Positions 1 to 12,926 of a stretch of DNA of 64,000 nt are shown piece by piece. The translations under genes and the position numbers were made by a program. Source of the DNA: Eledone cirrhosa (taxonomy: Eukaryota); NCBI GenBank assembly GCA_964016885.1, contig OZ024743.1:359662001-359726000 (forward strand). Direction: 5' to 3'. The notes under the pieces were generated by a model. That model did not search any database, was not told where the DNA came from, and worked only from the letters and a program-made list of their open reading frames with translations. Within the stretch, counting starts at the first letter, position 1. The number at the start of each line of letters is the position of its first letter.

Positions 1-222
1 TTGTCACTACTTTAAAACAATAGCTTACGGTCTTCAAAATGCTTTTAATTAAGCATAAAGTGTATTGCAAAATACATTATATATACATCCATATATATAT
101 ATTGCTATTTCAGAGCTCCAATTCTAATTTTTAATTTCTGCCTGACCAACAACCGCTCTGCATAATCAGCTCCTGATTATTTACTAGATTTCTATAAGAA
201 TATAACACCAGTGATCTCGGTA

Positions 223-297
223 GACAGGAGGGGTAGTTGGCCTTGATAAGCTTCAACCAAAGCGAAACAAGACTTGTCGGCTTATCTCCCCTGTTTG
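223..297 (+). ncRNA. Type I hammerhead ribozyme, U3-A8 core variant
   Basis: ggcc TTGATAA(243-249) gctt-caacca-aagc GAAA caag-a-cttg TC ggct. Stem I extends with acaggaggggtag/ttatctcccctgt. Confidence 0.75.
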
Positions 298-540
298 CTG
301 AGATCAAAGTAAGTGAATTTGTCACTACTTTAAAACAATAGCTTACGGTCTTCAAAATGCTTTTAATTAAGCATAAAGTGTATTGCAAAATACATTATAT
401 ATACATCCATATATATATATTGCTATTTCAGAGCTCCAATTCTAATTTTTAATTTCTGCCTGACCAACAACCGCTCTGCATAATCAGCTCCTGATTATTT
501 ACTAGATTTCTATAAGAATATAACACCAGTGATCTCGGTA

Positions 541-615
541 GACAGGAGGGGTAGTTGGCCTTGATAAGCTTCAACCAAAGCGAAACAAGACTTATCGGCT
601 TATCTCCCCTGTTTG
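541..615 (+). ncRNA. Second HHR copy of the 318-bp repeat (GUC changed to AUC, one stem III mismatch)
   Basis: Same motif as 223-297 except cttatc replaces cttgtc. Confidence 0.6.
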
Positions 616-757
616 CTGAGATCAAAGTAAGTGAATTTGTCACTACTTTAAAACAATAGCTTATGGTCTTCAAAATGCTTTTAATTAAGCATAAAGTGTA
701 TTGCAAAATACATTATATATACATCCATATATATATATATATATATAATATAATATA

Positions 758-948
758 TAAGATCAAAAGATGGTTAAATGAGTTCCATGTATTTTATTAT
801 GCGCATTTCAAAAACAAATATCATCATGCAATAACATTTGTGTTTCCATCAGATAAAATAGGAGGACATGATATGAAGGTTAAAAACACTTGTGGATAGT
901 GCAGTTTTAAATCAACATATCTTATACGTTGATTTAAAACTGCACTAT
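758..948 (-). mobile_element. Degenerate copy of the HHR-bearing short PLE-derived family at 50943-51298, ending in a small hairpin
   Basis: 'atcaaaagatggttaa...gcgcatttcaaaaacaaatatcatcatg...cagataaaatagg' matches 50947-51080. Core mutated to CTGATGG. Hairpin atagtgcagttttaaatcaac/gttgatttaaaactgcactat. Confidence 0.7.
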
Positions 949-949
949 G

Positions 950-1082
950 TTGTGAGTTCAATTCTCTGACCGGGAGATGTGTTGTTTCCTTGAGCAAGAC
1001 AATATATCTCACGTTGCTCCAGGTTACTCAGCTGAAAATGAGTACCAGCAATACCTGGAGGTTTAACCCTGCGATGGACTGC
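950..1082 (+). mobile_element. tRNA/CORE-type SINE fragment
   Basis: B-box-like gagttcaattc followed by ccttgagcaagaca...cacgttgctccag, shared with 6378-6697. Confidence 0.6.
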
Positions 1083-1309
1083 CGGTCCACCAAAAATTAG
1101 GTATTAGGATTGGTGCTCTGAAATAGCGATGTAAATGTGAATGTATGTATAGTATATTTGGCAATATACCGTATGTTTAATTAAAAACATATATATATAT
1201 ATATATATATATAAATAATGGCTGACTGAATACGCAATTGTGTTATTTTTCTCAATTTTTTCCTCTTGTCCCTCTCTATTTTTTCTATTTCCTCTTTTAT
1301 TTTCAATTT

Positions 1310-1350
1310 TGTTTTCTGATGAAGGACTATTGTTCGAAATATTAAGATTC
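1310..1350 (+). ncRNA. Minimal type I HHR motif
   Basis: CTGATGA(1316-1322) a ggac-tatt-gttc GAAA tat TA. Stem I is weak. Confidence 0.45.
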
Positions 1351-2000
1351 TTTTTCTATTATTTCTTCGTTGTATTTTGTCGTTTGCCTTGTTATTTCTG
1401 TTTTCCTTTTACAAACACACAAGCGCGCGCGCGCTCGCGCATATATATATATATATATATACATGTTTGTAGATGTGTGTTTGTGTTTATGTAAGCATGC
1501 AATTATATATAGGTACATATGTATACAATTCGTAAACTTTTATATTGTACTTTTTGTTTGATTTTCAATGATGTTTGCTTTCTCATAACAGACATGGTGA
1601 TAGCAACATACTCGATTACTTGTCAAAGGTACGTACACTGATCAATGTCATGGAATGAATGAAGATACTATTGATTTTATTCTGCTTAAAATTCTTTCAT
1701 CATGCCATTCGTTTTTGTTTGTTAAAATAATTTTCTCAATTTTTCAAGTTTTCGGCTGTGATCAAAGTAGCTCAGCTTTTGACATGTGATGCTTTTGATA
1801 ACTGCAAACGAAATACGAGATCTTTGATGTCATGTTTACTCATGTTTTGCAGTAATTATGCCTCACTACTAATCACTGCAAACGATGGACCCAATGGTAA
1901 CACCAGTGTTATAGTTCACGTTGACGTCATCTTACACTAAGTATGCGTTATGAAATATTAAACACATTTCTGACAATTGCCATTTGATAATAGTGGTTTG

Positions 2001-2113
2001 TATGTATGTATGTATGTATGTATGTACGTATGTATGTATGTATGTATGTATGTATGTATGTATGTATGTATGTATGTATGTATGTATGTATGTATGTATG
2101 TATGTATGTATGG
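2001..2113. repeat. (TATG)n microsatellite, 3' flank of the R4/Dong element
   Basis: Direct reading. Confidence 0.95.
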
Positions 2114-2114
2114 A

Positions 2115-5100
2115 TGGTTTTATAATTTCACAATTTTTTTCCCAATAGAGAGAGAGAGTCGGTTTCTTATATAGACGCAATACTCTCTCATTGGAATTTA
2201 CACAACATCAACTAGGTAGATATGTATGTCTGCATGCATGTGTATGGATGTGTATGTTTTGAGTTGTATGTATGCATGTATATATGATTTGTATCTGTAC
2301 ATGTGTATATGCAATTATTAGATGCAACATTTTGGGAATGTTTTACATATTTTTACTTTTCCATTAATGGATTGTACTTGTAATTTCCTAACTAGTTGCA
2401 TTCTTTCTGCTCCTATGAAGCCTAGCTTCTCAAGATTTGTATTGTGGCAGTTACTAACATACCCCAGTGCCTCAATAATGACAGGCATAAATCTGAAGGT
2501 GTAATCAGGGTGGGGTATCTGCAGATTTCTCACCAGTTCTGCATAAATATTCTCCTTTTGGCTAATCTTTGATATAATATTGGCATCTGCTGAGCAGCTA
2601 ATTTCCACTACTGTGCAAGCTTTCTTCTCCCTGTCCCATATCATAATATCTGGTCTGTTATGCCTGAATTTTAATGGGGTTTTTACTGGAACATTCCACC
2701 AGTACTCTTTCATATTATGTACAGGGATGTCTTCCACATTGCTGTAGCTTTTAATGTGTTTATTATCGGGGTTATCTTTTTTACGGATTACGTTGTACAT
2801 TGTTTTGGCCACTACGTCATGCCTCATAGGTAGATAGTACCGTGATGACATCTTTGGACAGCTGCTGATGAGATGGGTGATATCTTCGATGTTAGATCTG
2901 TAGGGTCTGCAATTGTTATCACATCTAGGTGGTTTGCCTATCTCTTTTGTGAACACGTATTTCGTGTTAATTTGCTGTTCTTGGATTGCAAATGCGTATC
3001 CTTCAAAGTGGTAGCCAATATAGCGGTTGTTGGTCCAAGATAGACTACTTTCCTCACCTATATTACTCTCACTCTGTAGCTTCCTGGCAACATATCCATG
3101 CATGATCTTTTGCTGATAAGCCTGCAGTTCTTCCTACATGGATTCACTGCGATACTGCTGAGCGACTTCCCTGGATGTGAGTTTTGATTATCACACAGGG
3201 AATATTTCTCAAGGATGTCCTTTCCAACTCTCATGATTTTATCTGTTTCATGCAGATAGACCTGCTCGAGAGACGGGCTCCTACGCATTCGAGTTTCGTA
3301 GATGTTGTCGGAGGGATATGATGCGACATTCAAATGCTGTCTGGGCTGATGTTAGACCTCTGCTTCCCTGCTTACGTTTCAAGTAAAGGCGGTCTATGTC
3401 ACTGTTGATGTGGAAGTTTCCGGTGTTGTTTAGTATTTTTCGAGTTCCAACATCAACTGCTCGGATTTCGTCTATCGTCCAATTGAGTATTCCAAGCGTT
3501 GGTGTTAGGACAGGCACAGCAAACACATTGTGAGCCACTGTTTTGTTTTGCGCAGAGAGTTCCGATGATCAAATCTTTCTTAATCGGGTGTAGTATTCCC
3601 TGGTTACGCGTTCCCTATTACAGATACCATTATAGGATATGTTCTCATCTATCCCCAGGTATCTGTAGCAGTCCTCATCAGATATCGGTGAAACAGTTAG
3701 GCCTTTGATAACAATGTTTCTAGATTGGGTTGTTGTTTTCCCCGCTTTACAGTCATATATGAGCATTTATCTTGGCCAAACTCCATTCCTATGTCCTTTA
3801 AGTTCGTTGTAACCAGGTCAAGATTTTTCTTCATCCCATCCATGTTCTTGGCATAGAGTTTCAGATCATCCACAAAGAAATTATGGGTTAGGTTCGTATT
3901 TCTGTCCTCCTGCGAGCCAATAATGTATCCTTCACATTTCTTGAGCAGAAAGGAGAAGGCATTTAATGACAGGATGAATAATATCACAGAGAGACTGTCT
4001 CCCAGAAATATACCCCGTGATATTTTATTTTATCAGTGAAAATAGAGTGCTTCCACTCTGTCTTTAACCTTAGGATAGTAGCCCAAGAAGAAGACAGCTT
4101 CTCTATGGCTCCGATAATAATGTCTGATACTTTAGCAAGTTGGAGGGCCTCTAATATCCAAGAGTGAGGAACAGAATGGAAAGCTTTCCTGTAATCCAGC
4201 CAGATTGTAGCCATATTCCTCCTAAGTTGTCGCACCTCCGACATCGCAGTTTTGTTGATTAGGAGTTGTTCAGCACATCTCCAAAACCCCTTTCTTTCCA
4301 GATGCTTGTTAATCTGTGATGATGTTATTATTTTCACAGTGATCTTGGAGGAATAGGTTCAGGCAGGCTGTATACATCTTATAGATCAAGTTCTGGCATG
4401 CAATGGGTCGGTAGTCCTTTGCCAAGTGGGTGTCTTCGTTCTTGGGGACCAGTAATGTTTGTGCTAATGTCAACCATTCTAGTATAAGTGTATCTCCCTT
4501 AAGAACTTGTTGGTAGAGGTCAATAAGATAGCTCCGATAGAATATCAGTTTTTTGTAACAGTAGCCGACATTCATGTCTCTTCCTGGTGTTTTCTTATCT
4601 TGGAGTTTTCCTATCACAATCTCAAGGGTACCCTCACTTATTTCGTACGTTTTTTGTTGTATAGTTCTTTCGGATTTCTCTTAGCCACACTACATCTAGG
4701 TTGAAATTCTTCTTTTCACTCCATATTTTTCCCCAAAAGGAATCTATGTCTTTCTGGGATGGGGCCTCAGTAACACTTATTATTTTGCCCTTCATATCTC
4801 TATAGACTGATGTTTGGTTTAGTCTGAATCTTTTATTAAGCACTTTTCTTTCATCTACCTTCTTCAGGTATCGGCGTTTTTCGCTAACAGCTCTCAATTC
4901 TTGTTTGAGGTGATCAGCTTATATTGAAGAGTTCTGGTTCTACTGTTACCAAACATCGTGTCTATTTTATTTTTCACTTTTTGTTGGTGAGGAGTGCAGT
5001 ATTTTTCTGTTTGTTTGCATGTAAGGAGCATTGTCACATATCCTATGGTTTATCGTAGGTCAGCAAACTTTTTCTATTTTAGTTATATATGATGGTATTC

Positions 5101-6185
5101 TTGGTGGTGTTTTGCTCTTGTTAATATCTCTGCTATCACCAAGATAATGCTTCACTGCCGTTGCTAAGGCATATAAACAGGCGTTGATTTGCCAAAATGT
5201 TGGCGCTCTTATCCGTCGTAAATATTCATCCCCTATTTCGTCAATAAGACGTAATATTTCAATAATTTTTTTATTTATTAAATATTGTTTGTTTTAATAC
5301 GTTCAGCAAGAGAAATGTTTATACATGAATTAATTTCTCTCTGGAAAATATCGTTGGGGGAAATTTTCAATTATTTATACTTTTGATTATTATCATTACC
5401 GATAGTATTTTCCACAACTGTCGAGAAAGATTCGGATGGTACACATGGTGTCAAATTTCTTCGATTATTATTATTATTTCTTCGATTATTATTATTATCG
5501 ATAGCGTTTTCCCCAGCATTTGAGCTCGACTTAGATGGTACACGTGGTGTCAAGTTTATTACAGACATAGTTGTTTCAAGGCATTGTTCGATCTGGCTGC
5601 TAGGAAGTCTCGTAGCATGGCGACCTGTAGCACGTGTTGTTGATCCCATGTTTGTTGTGGGGGACTTACAATTAATAATATTTTTCTTATTTTTACGTTC
5701 AACAAACGTCGATTGTTGGCGTAATTGTTTCGCTGTGAAATAATTTAGCTCTGGATATATTTCGTCCCAGTGTAGCTTCATTATATTCATATAGCCAATG
5801 GAGGGATTGTTTTTTTGCCATTTTATAAAAATTAAATAAATCATCATTAAGTTCGTAACTCCAAGAGAAATGCGATTTATAATTTCGGGTTCTTCTGTAA
5901 CTACAACTGAATAACTTTTGTTTATCTTTCTCGTTTTTCTTCGGTACTCTAATGATGTTTTTGTTGTTGATGTTGTGTTCATCCATGCTGTCTCTAGCAA
6001 ATCCCTGTAAAATGAATTATATATTTAGTCGGATATGTCTACGAATTCGAATAAAAGGCGTCTTCAGTAGATATAGCTAGAAGAATATCCAGTTATTTGT
6101 GGCATTACTGTCGGTGATAGTATTCATCTTAAATTTAATGAATAGTCTCCCACACGAAAATATGCGACTGATCGCCTTGACTGAC

Positions 6186-6190
<5 letters not shown>
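2115..6190 (-). mobile_element. Near full-length, degenerate R4/Dong-clade non-LTR retrotransposon (RT + CCHC + restriction-like endonuclease)
   Basis: Fragmented ORFs: YRPIACQNLIYK; CAEQLLIN..WLDYRKAFHSVPHSW; HNFFVDDLKLY; YRYLG; C..EDITHLISSC; RHDVVAK..NRPDIMIWD..VVEIS..KENIY. N-terminal WSYELN..GYM..W..YP block. Confidence 0.88.
2318..3103 (-). pseudogene. C-terminal zinc knuckle and RLE (PD-D/ExK) endonuclease of the R4/Dong element
   Basis: RHD, RPD, VEIS and K..Y motifs in the 261-aa ORF. The upstream RT is broken by frameshifts. Confidence 0.85.
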
Positions 6191-6219
<29 letters not shown>

Positions 6220-6368
6220 TGTATGTATGTATGTATGTATGTATGTATGTATGTATGTATGTATGTATGTATGTATGTATGTATGTATGTATGTATGTAT
6301 GTATGTTTTTATGTATGTATGTATGTATGTATGTATGTATGTATGTATGTATGTATGTATGTATGTAT
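6191..6368. repeat. (TATG)n microsatellite, 5' flank of the R4/Dong element
   Basis: Direct reading. Confidence 0.95.
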
Positions 6369-6377
6369 CTATGTGAA

Positions 6378-6697
6378 TGCGCATGGCTTTGTGGTTAGGG
6401 TATTCGGCTCGCAATCGTAAGTTCCTGAGTTCGATTCCCCGCGGAGCGTTGTGTTCTTGAGCAAGACACTTTATTTAACGTTGCTCCAGTTCCCTCAGCA
6501 AGTAAACATGAGTTGTACCTGTAAATCGAACGGTCAGCCTTCTCACATTCTGTGTCATAATCAATCTCCCTGAGAATTATGGTAAGGGTACGTATGTCTG
6601 TGGAATGATCAGCTACTTGCACTTTAATATCACGAGCATGCTTGTTCCGTTGATCGGATCAACTGGAATATGCGTCGTCGTAACCGACGGAGAGCCT
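6378..6697 (+). mobile_element. tRNA-derived CORE-type SINE, near full length
   Basis: A-box-like tggctttgtggttagg, B-box gagttcgattcc, core gtgttcttgagcaagacac. Inverted relative at 49620-49905. Confidence 0.75.
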
Positions 6698-7029
6698 TCC
6701 CCTCCATGTATACTTGTATGTATGTATACGCACAAATAATTCTATGTATGAATGATTTTATGTGTTGGGTTGAGAGAGTGAAGAGAAAAAAGACAAGTAT
6801 TTGCAGAACAGTTGGATAGGTTATTTGGACTCGAATAGTGAAAAAACACGAATTTGTCAGAAGCTTTCCGTTCTTACGAAAGATATAATGTATGGAAGCG
6901 TTATGATCTTAGGCCAGAAAATGCAATAGAAAATCAAATAAAATGCTTCCCACTATGTATGGCATTTGTTCCTCGAAGAATTATGTAAATAGAATCAGCT
7001 GACAATATAGCCAAAAATGTCAAATCAAT

Positions 7030-7147
7030 TATGTATATATATATATATAATTATATGTATATATATATATATACATATATATGTATTTATATATAAATAT
7101 ATATGCATACACACATACACACATACACACACACATATATATGTATG

Positions 7148-7205
<58 letters not shown>

Positions 7206-7320
7206 ATACATATATATACATAGATGCATATATACACACATATATTTATATGTACATATATGTATATTATATATACATATATATATATATATGTATATAT
7301 TTATATATATATATTACATA
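7030..7320. repeat. (TA)n/(CA)n compound microsatellite
   Basis: Direct reading. Confidence 0.9.
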
Positions 7321-7967
7321 ACTTGTGTCTAAGATGTCAGCTGGCATCATTTATATTGTTCTTTGACGTAAAAACTGCAATAAATAGAGGAACATCTTCG
7401 GTATTATATCGTTTCCTATATAATTGCTTTTAATTATGCAGATTAAACATTTAGTAAAGCAAATGCCAGCGGCAACAACAGTCGATGAAAGCAGCATAAT
7501 CAACAATATCCACCACCAGTACCAGCACCACCACCGGCACGACGACGACGACGACCACCACCACCACCTGCATAACAATAACAGCAATAACATCAGTAAG
7601 AATGAGAATAACAATAATAATATCGACAAAAACAGTGACTACAGGATGAAAACAGCAAAAAACATACGCACAAAAAATATCATGATATAAAAGGAAATCG
7701 AAAAAAGATAAGAAAAAAGCAATCACACCAAGTTAACGATAAGAAATAGAAGATACGAGCACAACCACTATCTCTGACTTCTTATCATCAATCACAATAG
7801 TAAACGCTACAAGAACAAACAAAACACCGACCAGAAGAAAATTAATTCAACGCTTGAACAAACCAAATTTCAAATTCATTTTCATGACGACTCCCAACTA
7901 CCAATATATATATATATATGAGAGTATTGAAGTTTGCTTGAAGCATTGTGGAATAAGTAAATATCTT

Positions 7968-8328
7968 TAAGTCGTTTGGAAGCCTCGACAATGCAAATGG
8001 GTAAATCTCCGGGTAACAAGATCCGGTGGTGGACGCGTTTCGCACCTGTCCGACAGACAACCTTTTCCCCCACCCCGGAAAAACCCCCAGTTGATGGATG
8101 TGAATCCGAAATATATAGGGACTATTAAATCTCTCCCAAGGTAACTCTCTCTTGTCTTGTTATTTTAATTTTGTCCTTTATACTCTTCCCTTCATTCTAC
8201 ACATCTTACACATCTTGTACACATCACGCATCTCAACGTACACCCACCTACATCTCTCTCTCCACCACCGGATATTGTTACCCGGAGATTTACCCATTTG
8301 CATTGTCGAGGCTTCCAAACGACTTATA
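7968..8328. mobile_element. Short fold-back element with ~65-bp inverted arms and a degenerate HHR
   Basis: taagtcgtttggaagcc...ccggtggtgga is the reverse complement of 8261-8328. Internal ccc..ggat-gtga-atcc GAAA tata TA ggg at ~8085-8120. Confidence 0.65.
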
Positions 8329-9362
8329 AATATGTATATATGTAAAATAAAAATAAATAAATGCACACAAAATACCCTAACACAACGATTTATTGTTCTG
8401 TTCAAAGGATATTTCTTTCAACTGATGAACCCAAGAAATAAAGGATTATTAAAGAATAAATATTTCTAGAAGGTTTCTAACACGTGTTCCGCCTCGTCGT
8501 TGTTTGTTTTATTTCATATCTCTTGAGCTCTTGCGGCTTTAGTGTCTTACTAATATTCTATTGTTTACTTTTCTTCCTTTATAATTATATCAAACATTCG
8601 TGGCATGGTAGCCAAGATTAGTAAAGTTCTTTTTTTCGATGTTATTGTTTAGAAGCAGCTCTATTCTGATAAATTTGACTAGTGTTCAAAAACCCTAAGA
8701 TTATGCATATTCCGTCTTCTGTACCAGGCGTGTTGTAACTAAAACTACATAATGCGTAAATTTTCCCTCTATAATTATATTACAAATGTTTGGCAAGGTA
8801 GTCAAAATATCTAAAGTCTTCATTTTAGATACCTAGCGCTGTTATTATTGTTTGCCCTGAGGTTTTCTCTTATAAATCTGACTTATGATCAAAGACATTC
8901 CACATATGTCGATTTCATCATTTTTATCGGACATAATATAAATAGAACAAAATTATGCTTTATTCTTTTTTAAAGGAAGCATGGTGTGATTTTGAATCAA
9001 TTTGGTTGCTATTTCTTACTGGTCGAACGACAACATAATGAATCATTCGTTGATTCGTCTTAAATATTAGTTTACTAGTGCAGTTGAATTCCCACTGTTG
9101 TTATTGAAGAAACTTTCTCATAATCTAATTATGTTATGGACATTTAGCTATAGAGATAGATAATTGGTTACCTTACTAATGAACTGGACTGTTCTAATCG
9201 CTATTATACTATACTAACTATAGAGAGATGAAGACAAGAAAGTCTAATAAGTGAATAATTAACATATTTCTATTGGAATCACATTGACATGTGGATGATA
9301 AGGTTAGATTTTACTCGTTCAAACAGGGTTGAGCTATACTCTGGACATACACAAATACAGAA

Positions 9363-9492
<130 letters not shown>

Positions 9493-9944
9493 TTGTAAAT
9501 CCATATATACATGTTAGTGTTGTCAGCTCTGAATGAAGTGAGTTATGATTCAAGTCATATATATTTATGGTATATCCAAAATGTCTTTTTCCACCCCTAA
9601 AACAGTTGAGTGGGATTTAACGAAGATTTGCCTTCTATTTCAAGCAAGCTTCTAGTCGATTTCTCCGGCTGCCTTATTTTTCGTTTTTGGTAGCCACTTA
9701 GAAAATAAGTCATCGGCGTTTGCAGCCGAATCATAACTAACTTTACGAAAGGAAAAAAGTACACTTTCTATCGATGCAGACGCATTGATGTTTATACATT
9801 TATGTTAACCTATGTATATATTGTCCAATGGATCCCACTTTATTGAAGAAACTAGGTTGTAATTTTAGGGAGATTTTGGCTGCTGCTATTTCTAGCAAGG
9901 TGAGCAACAGATATAGTTTGTTCAGGTGAAACATGTTAGGTGAT

Positions 9945-10125
9945 TGGTAGTATCAGTAGAGGGTCGGACGCCATGCTTTCCAGCATAGTTACGTCCCTTT
10001 ACGATCTGAGTTCAAATCCCGCCGAGGTTGACTTTGCCTTTCATCCTTACGAGGTCGATAAAATAAAGTACCAGTAATGCACTAGGTAATTGCTGGTCTT
10101 GTGCCTAAAGTAGAAACAATTATTG
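9945..10125 (+). mobile_element. tRNA-derived SINE (family with gcctttcatcc...gtcgataaaataagtaccagt core)
   Basis: B-box gagttcaaatccc and conserved core. Relatives at 24405, 29520, 29730 and 31750 on minus. Confidence 0.75.
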
Positions 10126-11679
10126 ACAACTGTAATTGGCACCATTATAGTGTTTTTGTTTATTAATGTATAACAAATGTTTCAAATAGTCACTGGTGTT
10201 CACGAAACCACATTCAGCATTCATGAGAGGATGAAATTCAGTGATACTGAAGATGTTGAACATATTCACTGTTGCCAGTTAATCCTAGACACTATTTCTA
10301 GTTAATCACGAGTCAAGCAGAAAAATACAACCAGACGAATATGGTATGTGTTCACGGCCTAAATCCTCACATGAATAATCTGTGCACATTGAAAATTGCT
10401 ATCCATATGCATAATGTATAATTACCGTCCGAAGAAAATCGTTTACATAGGCGTTAGAATTAATTTTCTAAACAAAAACAACAAATAAACAAAAAAATGA
10501 CTAAAGACTTGTAAATAATTTACTCAAATAGACTGTACATACACCGCGTTATCATAGGTACCTCATCGCTCTGTCAAAGAAAGGATAGAAATCGATGTCG
10601 TAGTCATTCATGTACTTATTGAATCATAACAGCAAAATTGATCGGAGTATTTTCAGACTTCACTAAGTTTGATATAATTTACATAATCAGTCAGAAATGA
10701 TCACCTTAAGAATTATATATATATATACAAATATTCAATGTATCCACACACACACACCCACCCACGCACCCCACGCACGCACATACACATACACACACAC
10801 TCATATGTATGTTTGCTTATAGATATAGATATTTATGTATATATGTAGAGGCACCAATGGATGCTAAGTAAGATCAAAATCAGTATTTAACATATCGGAA
10901 ATGTCGAAAACGACAAAATATTTTTAACCTTCGTTTCACTTGAACGTTTCCCAGATGGCTAATAGGTTGATCACTTCGTTTTCATGTGGGTGGCTGTCGA
11001 AACCTTCGTTGTTTTTGGACCTTCGCATTTCGTCCGAGGAAGTAGCCTCTTGAGGTGGTATGGCCGATGCAGCCCGTGCCACTGGCTCATGTTCGCACTA
11101 AAGCTTTCTCCAACTTGTCCATTAAGAGCAGCTGAGATATACCACCCAGCCAAAGGTATAGGCTTTCCCCCTCACCTTTTCCTCCCCATTATTCTTTATT
11201 CGCCCCTCTTTTCTTTTCACTCCCTTCCTGTATATTAATATCATTTTTAAAAAATATTTTTATCATTCCATATTTCTGTTCAACAATATTGGTTACATGT
11301 CCACTAGGTGTCACCAGCACACCAATGACTGCAGGCCTTTCATGGATAATAAATAAGGATATTCAATTGTTATAAAATAATTGAATGGCCTGGCTTAGAG
11401 CCATCAACTCTATTTATACATAGGAAAATATATTGCATGGTAACCCAGGAAAAACTCTTTACATTTTTTAATGTCATATTGAAATTATATAAAAAACAAG
11501 TCAAATACAAGTTATGCTACCAAACGGTCAATGTACATTAAGTTGTGTGTTAACTTAGTTTTCGGTTGCTACCAGATTGTTTAATCGAAAATGAAAAATG
11601 TCTTATTTAAAAAAAAGGCCATTTCCCAAACACAAGTATTATATAAACTTCAATATTGGAAATTAATATCTATATATAC

Positions 11680-11874
11680 AGGTGTGTGATGAAAGAACTT
11701 TGATAGACTATATATCTGTATTTTTTACCGTTGGTAAATCAATGAGAAACATTGATTGCCAGATAAATTAATTATGGAGATATAAAAGATACAGAAGCGA
11801 AAACCAATCCACAGTGAGTGTGTATTATTATTATTTCTGGCAATATTATAGCAATATTACACTCCCCAAATGTA

Positions 11875-11878
<4 letters not shown>
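11680..11878 (+). mobile_element. Fragment of the short repeat family also at 52020-52745
   Basis: agaactttgatagac...gatacagaagcgaaaaccaatcc...tttctggcaatattat shared with 52068-52270. Confidence 0.7.
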
Positions 11879-11908
<30 letters not shown>

Positions 11909-11996
11909 GTAATTCCGTCGGAAAAGTCCAGGAAAAAAGAGTGCTCTATGTAGGTAACAGAGCTTAATAGTTATGTAATAAACATATAGTTATGTA

Positions 11997-12038
<42 letters not shown>

Positions 12039-12680
12039 TAGATTTAATAATTAACTGATTAATTTGATTAGACAATTCTGTTGATTGGTTAATTATCTGT
12101 GTTTGTTTAATAACATCTGGTTGAGATCTTTTATTCAGAATGTTTGAGCGGAAATTATAATATTTCCCTTGTTAACACTTTGAATTTACCCGCCAAAAAC
12201 CGGGGTTGCTTCATTTGTTGGAAAAAACACGTGACAACGAAATGTTTGAAGGCTGCCTCCTCTAGCGATCGCATTTAGTTTGTTCACACCAGTTTGAGGC
12301 AGAACGGTATCCCTGTTGATGAAATGAATCCTCTGTTCGATCATGGAAAACCACAAGCTTGCGTGTTACATAAGTTGGATAAATGATTTCGGATTCATGG
12401 AAACATTTCAAACGTATATCGTCTGATTTGTCCAGGTCTGTTTTTTAACCTGTTAGTTCTTCCGTTACTTTGGTATTGTGTGGTTGGGTTTTGCCTACCG
12501 CAATGTTCAATTTGTTAAGCTATTTAAACGTATGTTATTACTCTAAGGACCTACCCTTATTGAGTGCTTTGCTAACTCATTCCTTATTGTAGGTCGACTT
12601 TGCTTTGCCACAGCCAAAGCTTCGATTTTACTAAGCTTCCACTTGTATATATATATATATATATATACATGAATACACAT

Positions 12681-12745
<65 letters not shown>

Positions 12746-12767
12746 TATATATATATATATATATATA

Positions 12768-12905
12768 TAACGGAGGTGTGGTAAGGAACCAGATAGACCA
12801 TAACGCACCACAGTACTCAAAACTTACGGTAGTAGAGTGGGTAATAGTCCAGAAATAGCCATCGAAACGGCTTGAGCTCTGCCGTCAGGGTCAAACATTT
12901 TCCTA
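12768..12905 (+). mobile_element. Short (TA)n-embedded element, family A (copy 1 of 5)
   Basis: aacg.agg..gtggtaaggaacca...cataacgcacca..gtactc..gtagtagagtgggtaatag followed by a GAAAcggc..gccGTC segment. Confidence 0.8.
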
Positions 12906-12926
12906 TATGTATATATATTTATATAT

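Larger units (their letters stand above)
1..725 (+). repeat. 318-bp tandem repeat (2.3 units visible, runs off the window start), each full unit carrying a type I hammerhead; retrozyme-like
   Basis: Unit starts 'ttgtcactactttaaaac' at 1, 319 and 637. The duplicate ORFs 131..388 and 449..706 are offset by 318. Confidence 0.92.

Noticed and set aside
131-706. Duplicated 85-aa ORFs as a small gene pair
   Set aside because: They are antisense to the HHR repeat unit, use non-ATG starts, and the frame is not evident in dispersed relatives.
6028-6078. CTGAAGA on minus near the R4/Dong 5' end as a 5' ribozyme
   Set aside because: Only a tcta/taga stem I is evident; GAAA and stems II/III are not supported.
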